A DNA stretch of 20,000 bases from an uncultured virus (IMG/VR IMGVR_UViG_3300013014_000028) (taxonomy: Duplodnaviria > Heunggongvirae > Uroviricota > Caudoviricetes), in IMG/VR virus record IMGVR_UViG_3300013014_000028; one strand, given 5' to 3'. Positions 1 to 7,965 of the stretch are shown here, piece after piece; the stretch's first letter is position 1; every line of letters begins with the position of its first letter. The notes beneath the pieces were generated by a model. The model saw only the letters and a program-made list of their open reading frames with translations, was not told the DNA's origin and did not search any database. A program made the translations under genes and the position numbers.

Positions 1-522
1 GTTAGAAGAGTTAGGGTTGGTAAGAACGAAGCGATATATACTTACTTAAAAGAAAACCATCCTGAACTAGTTGAAGACGAGTATTTCAGACCACATGACA
101 CAGCTGTTATTGGTATCCCACAAAAAGCGCCAGAAGGTTCTATTTTAAGAAATGAATCACCAATTCAACTTCTTGAGAGAGTTAAGAAAGTTCATATGGA
201 ATGGATTAAACCAGGTCACAGAACAGGAAATAATTCTCACAATGTATCGGCAACTGTGTCTATTAGAGAACACGAATGGCCTGCAGTTGGTGAGTGGATG
301 TGGGAAAATAGAGACCACTATAACGGACTATCAGTTCTACCATATGATGGTGGTAGTTATATACAAGCACCGTTTGAAGATTGTACCAAAGAAAAGTATG
401 ACGAGTTAATGGAAACACTTCATGATGTTGATTTGTCTAACATTGTTGAAATGGACGATGACACAAATTTAAGTGGAGAAATTGCTTGTGCTGGTGGAGC
501 ATGTGAAGTAACATTAGTATAA
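1..522 (+). CDS. nrdJ: Class II (adenosylcobalamin-dependent, monomeric RTPR-type) ribonucleotide reductase, C-terminal part; 5'-truncated by the window
   Basis: Frame +1 is open from base 1 (VRRVRVGKNEAIYTYLKENHPELVEDEYFRPHDTAVIGIPQKAP...) through HNVSATVSI, YNGLSVLPY and YIQAPFEDC to the C-terminal redox Cys pair ACAGGACEV, which resembles the CEGGAC tail of Lactobacillus leichmannii RTPR. The 196..522 ORF in the track is only an internal-Met fragment. Confidence 0.9.
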   Translation, partial: VRRVRVGKNEAIYTYLKENHPELVEDEYFRPHDTAVIGIPQKAPEGSILRNESPIQLLERVKKVHMEWIKPGHRTGNNSHNVSATVSIREHEWPAVGEWMWENRDHYNGLSVLPYDGGSYIQAPFEDCTKEKYDELMETLHDVDLSNIVEMDDDTNLSGEIACAGGACEVTLV

Positions 523-528
523 CAACCT

Positions 529-726
529 ATGGAAAATACAGAAAAAAAAGATAGGGAGAAGAATAAACTTCTCCCTTCCTATTATTACATTGAAGGAAAA
601 ATGATAGTCTTTACTGAAGACTATCATAAAGATAGAGGTCATTGTTGTGGGTCAGTAAATGGGTGCCGTCACTGTCCTTATGAACCAAGAGGTGTAAAAG
701 GAAATACCGCTTTATATGAAAAATAG
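529..726 (+). CDS. Small Cys-rich protein, DUF5522-like
   Basis: 65 aa containing YYYIEGKMIVFTEDYHKDRGHCCGSVNGCRHCPY, which matches the remembered DUF5522 pattern (VFTExYHxxRGxCCxxGCRHCPY) with a 2-residue insertion. Confidence 0.75.
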   Translation: MENTEKKDREKNKLLPSYYYIEGKMIVFTEDYHKDRGHCCGSVNGCRHCPYEPRGVKGNTALYEK

Positions 727-734
727 TCTGCGTA

Positions 735-741
735 TATTTAT
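735..741 (+). promoter_or_regulatory. TATTTAT motif, putative phage late/structural promoter element
   Basis: Lies in the 20-nt gap between the metabolic and structural modules, 5 nt before ATG 747. The same motif recurs at 3136, 11563 and 18849. Confidence 0.5.
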
Positions 742-746
742 GTAAT

Positions 747-1217
747 ATGGCAGATGGTACTACATATGGTTTATTTTTTCCATTTCAAGATTCAAGAAGG
801 GGAAACTACTTAGCGCTAACTGAATATGAGTCGCAAGAAATAAGAGCAGACTTAATTCATTTACTGTTAACTAGAAAGGGCTCACGATATTTTTTACCTG
901 ATTTTGGTACAAGATTATATGAATACATATTTGAACCATTTGATGGTTTAACGTTTAGTGCGATAGAGTCTGACGTTAGGGATTCTATATCACAATTTAT
1001 GCCAAATTTAATTGTTAATAACATCTCTATTGAGCCAATATCATCTGAAGATGAGGTTAATGGAGATTTTAAAGGTACTATAGGTAGCACCTCACTTTAT
1101 GATGTCTATAGGTTGCCAGGAAAAAACACGTATGAGTATACTGCTAAAATAAGAATAGACTATTCAACAGGAAATTCAGTTTTTTCTCAAAGTGATTTCG
1201 TTATTGTTAATATTTAA
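747..1217 (+). CDS. Baseplate wedge subunit, T4 gp25 / P2 gpW-like
   Basis: 156 aa with IRADLIHLLLTRKGSRYFLPDFGTRLYEYIFEP, the typical gp25 pattern (LLxTxxGxRxxxPxFG...FEP). It sits directly upstream of a gp6-like gene. Confidence 0.88.
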   Translation: MADGTTYGLFFPFQDSRRGNYLALTEYESQEIRADLIHLLLTRKGSRYFLPDFGTRLYEYIFEPFDGLTFSAIESDVRDSISQFMPNLIVNNISIEPISSEDEVNGDFKGTIGSTSLYDVYRLPGKNTYEYTAKIRIDYSTGNSVFSQSDFVIVNI

Positions 1218-1223
1218 TACAAG

Positions 1224-3062
1224 ATGGCTAACAACAAAATATCATATACGGTCAGAGATTTTCAGGGAATAAGAGCGGAACTTCTTAATTATTCAAAAAC
1301 ATATTATCCTGATTTAATACAGGATTTTAATGACGCTTCTGTTTTCTCAGTTTTTTTAGATTTAAATGCTGCAATTGCAGAGAACCTACATTATCATATA
1401 GATAGGAGTATACAAGAAACAGTTCTTCAATATGCTCAGCAAAGGTCTTCAATTTATAACATTGCAAGAACTTATGGTTTAAAGATACCGGGTCAAAGAC
1501 CAAGCGTTGCTTTAGTTGATTTTTCAATAACAGTTCCTGTCTTTGGAGATAAAGAAGATGAAAGATATTTGGGACAACTTGTAAGAGGTTCTCAAGTTAG
1601 TGGAGCGGGTATTGTGTTTGAAAATATTTACGATATTGATTTTACTTCTCCATATAATGCTCAAGGGTTTCCGAACAGATTAAAAATACCAAATTTTAAT
1701 ACTAATGGGGTTCTCTTAAATTATACAATAACTAAAAGAGAACTTGTTGTTAATGGTATTACAAAAGTATTCAAAAGAGTAATATCACCAAATGACGTGA
1801 GACCTTTCTTTGAATTATTTTTACCCGAAAAAAATGTTTTAGGTATTACTAGTGTCTTATTAAAGAACGGAACTGACTATACAAATGTGCCAACAGTTGC
1901 AGAATTTCTTGGGGCTGATAACAGATGGCTTGAGGTTGATGCTTTGGCAGAAGATAGGATTTTTGTTGAAGACCCAACTAAAGTATCCGACCAACCTGGA
2001 ATTAAAGTCGGTAGATACATTCAAACTAATGATAGATTTATTTCAGAATATACACCTGAAGGATTTAAGAAAATGACTTTTGGTGGAGGAACAACATCGG
2101 CTCAAGACCAACTTAATATGTTTACTAATTTGGGAACACCTTTGAATATTCAAAATTATTTAAATAACTTTTCACTTGGCTCGGCATTGGTTCCAAATTC
2201 AACTTTGTTTATTCAATATAGAGTTGGTGGTGGATTAGCAACAAATTTAGGTACAAATGTTATTAATCAAGTTGGTACAGTTAATTTTTATGTTAACGGA
2301 CCTTCAGAACTTACAAACTCTTCTGTTGTTAATTCTTTGAGATGTGTAAACGTGACAGCAGCAATTGGAGGAGCTAATCAGCCTTCCATAGAAGAAGTTA
2401 GAAACTATGTATCATTTAACTTTTCCGCACAAAAAAGAGCGGTAACGGTTCAAGATTATGAGGCGTTATTAAGAAACATGCCATCGCAATTTGGAGCACC
2501 TGCAAAAGTTTCTATTACAGAAAATGATAATAAAGTTCTTATTCAGATATTATCATATGATACTTCAGGTAAACTTACAAGTATTGTATCAAACACACTT
2601 AAACAAAATATTGCAAATTATTTATCTAATTATAGAATGTTGAATGATTATATTTCAATACAAACGGCACAGGTAATTGATGTGAGTGTTGAAGTTTCAA
2701 TTGTACTACAAGCAACTCAAAATTCAGGACAAGTCATAACGGATGTTGTAAATAAAATATCTGATTACTTTAATCCTCTATTTAGACAACTTGGTCAAAA
2801 TATTTATTTATCTGAAATAAAAAGTATTGTACAAAATCAAGAAGGTGTTATAACTGTTTCTGGATTGAATATATATAATCAAGTGGGAGGTCAATATTCT
2901 TCGTTTGAAACATCAATGACATATGCCAATCAAGAAACAAGATTAATACAACCTGTTGATGATACAATTTTTGCGGAACCTGTTCAAGTCTATCAGGTAA
3001 GATATCCAACTAAAGATATTAAAGTGAGTGTAAAGAATTTCCAAACAGTAACATTCTCCTAA
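1224..3062 (+). CDS. Baseplate wedge subunit, T4 gp6 / baseplate J-like
   Basis: 612 aa. N-terminal RDFQGIRAELLNY...DFNDASVFSVFLDL...ETVLQYAQQRSSIYNIARTYG and later IQYRVGGG...AAIGGANQPSIEEVR...AQKRAVTVQDYE are hallmark gp6/J motifs. Confidence 0.9.
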   Translation: MANNKISYTVRDFQGIRAELLNYSKTYYPDLIQDFNDASVFSVFLDLNAAIAENLHYHIDRSIQETVLQYAQQRSSIYNIARTYGLKIPGQRPSVALVDFSITVPVFGDKEDERYLGQLVRGSQVSGAGIVFENIYDIDFTSPYNAQGFPNRLKIPNFNTNGVLLNYTITKRELVVNGITKVFKRVISPNDVRPFFELFLPEKNVLGITSVLLKNGTDYTNVPTVAEFLGADNRWLEVDALAEDRIFVEDPTKVSDQPGIKVGRYIQTNDRFISEYTPEGFKKMTFGGGTTSAQDQLNMFTNLGTPLNIQNYLNNFSLGSALVPNSTLFIQYRVGGGLATNLGTNVINQVGTVNFYVNGPSELTNSSVVNSLRCVNVTAAIGGANQPSIEEVRNYVSFNFSAQKRAVTVQDYEALLRNMPSQFGAPAKVSITENDNKVLIQILSYDTSGKLTSIVSNTLKQNIANYLSNYRMLNDYISIQTAQVIDVSVEVSIVLQATQNSGQVITDVVNKISDYFNPLFRQLGQNIYLSEIKSIVQNQEGVITVSGLNIYNQVGGQYSSFETSMTYANQETRLIQPVDDTIFAEPVQVYQVRYPTKDIKVSVKNFQTVTFS

Positions 3063-3104
3063 TAAGTTTATTTATCTGAAATGGTTAGTACATTTATAAT
3101 GGTG

Positions 3105-3123
3105 TTTTTACACTCTGTAAAAA
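3105..3123. repeat. Perfect 8-bp inverted repeat TTTTTACA-ctc-TGTAAAAA in the largest intergenic gap
   Basis: Read directly: arms at 3105-3112 and 3116-3123 with a 3-nt spacer. Function unknown. Confidence 0.6.
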
Positions 3124-3135
3124 TTTGCCCTAAAC

Positions 3136-3143
3136 TATTTATA
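3136..3143 (+). promoter_or_regulatory. TATTTATA motif, putative late promoter element
   Basis: 13 nt upstream of ATG 3157, at the head of a translationally coupled four-gene block. Confidence 0.5.
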
Positions 3144-3156
3144 GATTAAAGACCAA

Positions 3157-6100
3157 ATGAGTCAAAGCTACAGGATAAGAACAGAGTTAGGGATTAACAA
3201 AACAATTAATGTAGAACTCAATCAAGATTTTGAATCTTTAGAGATTTTATCTTTAAAACTTCAACAAACAGATGTTTATGCTCGTTCTTGTGCAGATTAT
3301 GGGGTTATTGTCGGAAGAGTTACTGCTAATACTGGATATGGTATTGCAAATACAAAAGTTTCTGTTTTTATACCGGTAACTACTGAAGATTCAACAAGTG
3401 ATTTAATATCTCCAATATATCCGTACACACAACCAACAGATAAAAATGAAGATGGGTATCGTTATAATTTATTACCGTATGAAAAATCATATAGTAAACA
3501 CGCATCAACAGGTACGTTTCCAACAAAACAGGATGTACTTACTAACGCAACTGCGATAGAAATATTTGACAAATATTATAGATTTACAGTAAAAACAAAT
3601 GATAGTGGTGATTATATGATAATGGGAGTTCCAACGGGATTTCAAACTCTCGTGATGGATGTTGACTTATCAGATATTGGCGAGTTTTCATTAACACCGC
3701 AAGATTTAATCAGAATGGGATTAGCGACAGAATCGCAAGTTGCTGGTAATCAATTTAAAACTTCTAATGATTTAAATTCTTTACCACAAATTATAACATT
3801 AAATAAGACGGTAGAAGTACAACCATTATGGGGAGAACCTGAAATATGCCAACTTGCGATTAATCGGGTTGATTTTGATTTAAGAGATGATGCAAATATT
3901 AACATACAACCAACAGCGGTTTTTATTGGTTCCATTTTCTCTAACATAGATAAATACAGAATTAGAAAAAATTGTAGACCGAGAGATAATACTGGAGAAT
4001 TATGTAGTTTACAATCAGGACCTGGTCAAGTGTTGGCATTGAGACAAACTATAAGACAAGACATTGATGGGAATCCTATTTTGGAACAGTATCAACTTGA
4101 ACAATCGGGTAATATAATAGATGAGAATGGAACTTGGTTAACAGAGTTACCGATGAATTTAGATTATATAGTAACTGATGAGTTTGGAAATAAAGTTATA
4201 TCAATAGACCCATCAATAGGAATACCAACAAAAGGAAAATATAGATTTAAAATTAAATGGCAACAATCAAAAGATTTAACACTTCAAACAAGAAGAGCAA
4301 CATTTTTAGTTCCAAACGTTAGGGAGTATGGTTGGGAAGGAAGTTCTGACCCTTACCTTATAGGAAATAAAACTTCATCCCAATATAAAAAACTTAAGAG
4401 TTCTTATTATTTTGGTTTAGATTGGTCTGGTTACACAAATGGATTTGGAACCGCAATTAATAGTAAATCTGATATAATCATTAATTGTGAAGATTCATTT
4501 TATCAGATGGATTACAATAAAGTTTATACTGTTTCAGGTCTAATAGACCAATATAAAAAAGGTAACAGGGCTAGATTTATTGGAATCAAAGAAATTGATG
4601 ACGATAATTGTGCGGATTCAGTTAACAAATTTCCCGCAAACGAAGGATACAGAAATTATGATACAATTTTTTTTATAGTATCACTATTCATAACATTCTT
4701 TCAATACATTGGACAATTTCTTTTGATTTTAGCTCACGTTATAATTGGTACTATATATCAAATAATAAGATTACTTTCTTTTGGGGCGGTAAGTGGGGGA
4801 ATACCTTTGAGGTTGCCAATGATTACTTACCCTGATTGTGAAAATTGTGAATGTAAGGGAGAGACTATAACAACAACACTTATAGATGCATCTGGAAAAG
4901 GAACGCTAACACCTGTATCAACTCCGTCAAAATACTATCAAAATTTAACAAAATTACTTTATGATTTAAACTATCAACCTGAAGAGGATATAACGGTTAT
5001 TGCTGAATTATATTCACAAGCAATGGGGGGCAACATAAGTTCTGGTGTTGATACAGTTTATAAAGTACCTAAGTCGGATGTGATGAGAGAGGTTTCAGAG
5101 AAAAACGACAGAATGTTTGTTTGGGGAATGGACTTACCTTTAGGGGAAAGAATAAACATTTTTAATCAGAGGAGTACGTATTTTACCGGAGATAATATAA
5201 TAAAAGTAAGTTTTGATAATCAAAGTAACCCAAATTCTTTTCATTTTGATAATACAATAACGGTTTTATCAACCGTAGGATACACAGCAGGACAACTACT
5301 TACTACTGTAAATCCCACAACTACAACTGATGTCAATGTTAAATTTAGTGAGGTTGTAAGCGGACAAACACTTTTTGGTGTTTCAGGAACTTCAGTTACT
5401 GGACCTCAACAGATAACAGTAACTTATGCAGATACAATAAACCAAACAACACAAAGGTCTACTTTATATAGTTTGAGTACAGGTACTACAATTAATAGAC
5501 AAATATTCCCTATGGATAGAGAATATTTTCAAGTTATTAGTGCAATAACAGTGTCTGATTATTTTAAGATGATAGTTTCGTCAACAGGGCAAAGTTTTCC
5601 AAATATTTTGAATTCACAATCAATTCTTAGATTCATGGAACAGGGTACTTCACAGTACAGAGAAAGAAATATAGGTGTTAATAACTTTTTGATTGCAAAC
5701 TTTTTTGAAGAATTTCAGTCACAGTATGTTTTGATTTTACAAAGAGGTGTGGACCCTTATTCACCATTATTGGATAATAAATATAATTTAGGTGTATTAT
5801 TCGGTTCAGATTATAATAATCCAAATTTTAATTTAACAATTCAATCAAGGGTAAATGTTCCAATTCAACCTAAACAAAATGGACAAACAATTGGTACACT
5901 AACAACACAATCAGGTAATTTTTATCAATCAAAATTTTTTACTATTGGTAATCAATATTTAACATTTACGTCCTCAACAGTCGGATATTATGGCGCAATT
6001 GATGCGACATATGCACCAAGTATTAGTAGACTTGTTACTAATTTATTTAACGGATTAGTCGGTATTGTTGCAAGGGCTGACTTTTATAGTAGTGTGGAAA

Positions 6101-7965
6101 GTGTTAAGAAATACGATAATTCGGAAGATTTAACAGGTAATTCTTTTTTATATGGTAATAATACTAATAGTACTTGGCTTACAGTATTTTTAGTTTCTGC
6201 GGTTTCATATGTTGTAACTGTTGCAGTTATAGCAGCTAGTTTAGCTTCCATACCTTTTACTGGAGGACTTGGTGGTGTAATAGGGTTTTCTTTACTTAAC
6301 GGTTTAGTTGGTTTGGGGGTTGCTCCATTTGTTGCGGCGGCTTCAGTTGGTAGGTTAGCATATAACGAATTAAAATACCAATATAATTCTCCTAACTTGT
6401 ATCCCTCTTTAACAGCAACTCCTTTATTGTTCTCAAATAAAAATTTGAATGTTATGAGAACGGATAGACTACCGTCTTCTGATGGTCTTGATGGGTTATC
6501 TTGGAGTGCAAACAACGTTGCGTTACTACAACAGAACATAAATTTTAATTTTTATGAAATAACAAATCCACAAAACTCCATAATACCTATAGGATACAAT
6601 ACAGAATCCGACCAAATTGGTGAAGACATTGAGAGCCAAATTTATTCAGGAACGGTATTAACAAGTTTTAATTGTCCGGGAATGGTTTCATTAGATTGTT
6701 ATACAGGTTTTAGTAATAGTTTTGGTGTTAGCGTCCAATGTGCTGGAAAAGACCAAGTTGTTAATGGTTGTTATGTTTTGTTTACAAGGCCACTACTTGG
6801 ATTAGTGAAAGATTTACAATATTTTTCTGAATGGGGAACGAGGTATAAATTTTTCTACGCTATGTGTAGGGGAGTACTTTCTCAAACTTTTACTAATAAT
6901 TGGGTAAACGGAACACTATTTGCATTTCCAATTCAAGTAGATACCACGTTCAATTCTCAAAATAAACCAAACAATCCTATATTTTGTAAAGATGTGGTTT
7001 TCTTTGATGAAGATACAAACAATTTTTATTATAGAAGTAGTCCGTGGTCAGGAGTAACTGAAGGTAAATTCATAGGAAAAATTTCTAATGAGGTCACCGC
7101 GGTAAATGCAAAAAATCTTTTGTTTCCAACTACAATAATAGATTTGGGTTATAAAGATGATTTTTATTCAGAAATTACTTTAAAACCTGATACAAATGCG
7201 TATATCATGAACAACCTGAATCCGACCAGTTATTCGGACCCTTCAGATATTATTAATTTATTTGTTATTTCAAGAATAGTTAACTCTTCATTTCTCAAGG
7301 GAGATTCAATTAGTACACTATTCAGTAGAAACACAATCCAAAGAAATAAAAGAGTTGATGCGGATTTGGCTCAAATGTTATCAATTAATTCGGAAGAAGG
7401 AGTTATAAAATTCAGCCCAGAATATTATGACAGTAATACAACAAATAGCCCTGTTGGAGTTTTTGGAACATCTAGTAAACCTGTTATAGGAATTTTTTAT
7501 TCATCAACAACCGATAACTTGCAATTCAAAGATTTTATCACACCAGGAAAAATAGACTTTAGGTCTTCACCAACATCTAATTACACACCATATACTTACG
7601 GTATAAAAAGTCAACTTGTACCATTTTATCCGTGGAAATTAAAAAATGACATTAGTATATTTGGTACCGAAGATAATAATTGGGATACAACAGGAATTGT
7701 ACAATATTACTATCAATCTCTTGATAGAGTAAATCCTCAACAATATTTTACTGGTCAAGGAATCGTTAATGACCTTAATAAAAGAGGATACATTTTCAAT
7801 GTAAGTAATGATACGGCTAATAATTTTAGTCAAACTTATAAATCACAAGGTCCTGTTTATAGCTCTAGATTTATTGTTGGAGCACCATTTCATTTTTATT
7901 TTGGTCTTAATCAAGGTGCAACATCACTTAATAGGTTTAAAACAAAATATTCTATAGATGAATAA
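3157..7965 (+). CDS. Large (1602 aa) putative virion/baseplate-associated protein with an N-terminal prealbumin-like (carboxypeptidase-regulatory-like) beta domain and two long hydrophobic segments
   Basis: Uninterrupted ORF in the baseplate cluster. GVIVGRVTANTGYGIANTKVSVF...FTVKTNDSGDYMIMGVPTGFQTLVM fits the split carboxypeptidase-regulatory-like pattern. Hydrophobic stretches lie at about aa 504-548 and 1007-1065. The ORF is certain; the function is inferred from context. Confidence 0.7.
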   Translation: MSQSYRIRTELGINKTINVELNQDFESLEILSLKLQQTDVYARSCADYGVIVGRVTANTGYGIANTKVSVFIPVTTEDSTSDLISPIYPYTQPTDKNEDGYRYNLLPYEKSYSKHASTGTFPTKQDVLTNATAIEIFDKYYRFTVKTNDSGDYMIMGVPTGFQTLVMDVDLSDIGEFSLTPQDLIRMGLATESQVAGNQFKTSNDLNSLPQIITLNKTVEVQPLWGEPEICQLAINRVDFDLRDDANINIQPTAVFIGSIFSNIDKYRIRKNCRPRDNTGELCSLQSGPGQVLALRQTIRQDIDGNPILEQYQLEQSGNIIDENGTWLTELPMNLDYIVTDEFGNKVISIDPSIGIPTKGKYRFKIKWQQSKDLTLQTRRATFLVPNVREYGWEGSSDPYLIGNKTSSQYKKLKSSYYFGLDWSGYTNGFGTAINSKSDIIINCEDSFYQMDYNKVYTVSGLIDQYKKGNRARFIGIKEIDDDNCADSVNKFPANEGYRNYDTIFFIVSLFITFFQYIGQFLLILAHVIIGTIYQIIRLLSFGAVSGGIPLRLPMITYPDCENCECKGETITTTLIDASGKGTLTPVSTPSKYYQNLTKLLYDLNYQPEEDITVIAELYSQAMGGNISSGVDTVYKVPKSDVMREVSEKNDRMFVWGMDLPLGERINIFNQRSTYFTGDNIIKVSFDNQSNPNSFHFDNTITVLSTVGYTAGQLLTTVNPTTTTDVNVKFSEVVSGQTLFGVSGTSVTGPQQITVTYADTINQTTQRSTLYSLSTGTTINRQIFPMDREYFQVISAITVSDYFKMIVSSTGQSFPNILNSQSILRFMEQGTSQYRERNIGVNNFLIANFFEEFQSQYVLILQRGVDPYSPLLDNKYNLGVLFGSDYNNPNFNLTIQSRVNVPIQPKQNGQTIGTLTTQSGNFYQSKFFTIGNQYLTFTSSTVGYYGAIDATYAPSISRLVTNLFNGLVGIVARADFYSSVESVKKYDNSEDLTGNSFLYGNNTNSTWLTVFLVSAVSYVVTVAVIAASLASIPFTGGLGGVIGFSLLNGLVGLGVAPFVAAASVGRLAYNELKYQYNSPNLYPSLTATPLLFSNKNLNVMRTDRLPSSDGLDGLSWSANNVALLQQNINFNFYEITNPQNSIIPIGYNTESDQIGEDIESQIYSGTVLTSFNCPGMVSLDCYTGFSNSFGVSVQCAGKDQVVNGCYVLFTRPLLGLVKDLQYFSEWGTRYKFFYAMCRGVLSQTFTNNWVNGTLFAFPIQVDTTFNSQNKPNNPIFCKDVVFFDEDTNNFYYRSSPWSGVTEGKFIGKISNEVTAVNAKNLLFPTTIIDLGYKDDFYSEITLKPDTNAYIMNNLNPTSYSDPSDIINLFVISRIVNSSFLKGDSISTLFSRNTIQRNKRVDADLAQMLSINSEEGVIKFSPEYYDSNTTNSPVGVFGTSSKPVIGIFYSSTTDNLQFKDFITPGKIDFRSSPTSNYTPYTYGIKSQLVPFYPWKLKNDISIFGTEDNNWDTTGIVQYYYQSLDRVNPQQYFTGQGIVNDLNKRGYIFNVSNDTANNFSQTYKSQGPVYSSRFIVGAPFHFYFGLNQGATSLNRFKTKYSIDE

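Noticed and set aside
152..409. 85-aa ORF in an alternative + frame
   Set aside because: It lies wholly within the RNR coding frame and has no recognisable features; shadow ORF.
1..522. Intein or intron in the RNR gene
   Set aside because: The visible C-terminal part is continuous with expected RNR motifs and shows no splicing or homing-endonuclease signature. The upstream part is not visible.
3105..3126. Rho-independent terminator after the gp6-like gene
   Set aside because: The stem is almost all A-T with a 3-nt loop and only three following T residues. Kept only as an inverted repeat of unknown role.
4667..4674. T8 homopolymer as a phase-variation or frameshift site
   Set aside because: It encodes Ile-Phe-Phe in a hydrophobic segment, and runs of this length are expected in AT-rich DNA. 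The reading frame is intact, with no sign of a frameshift product.
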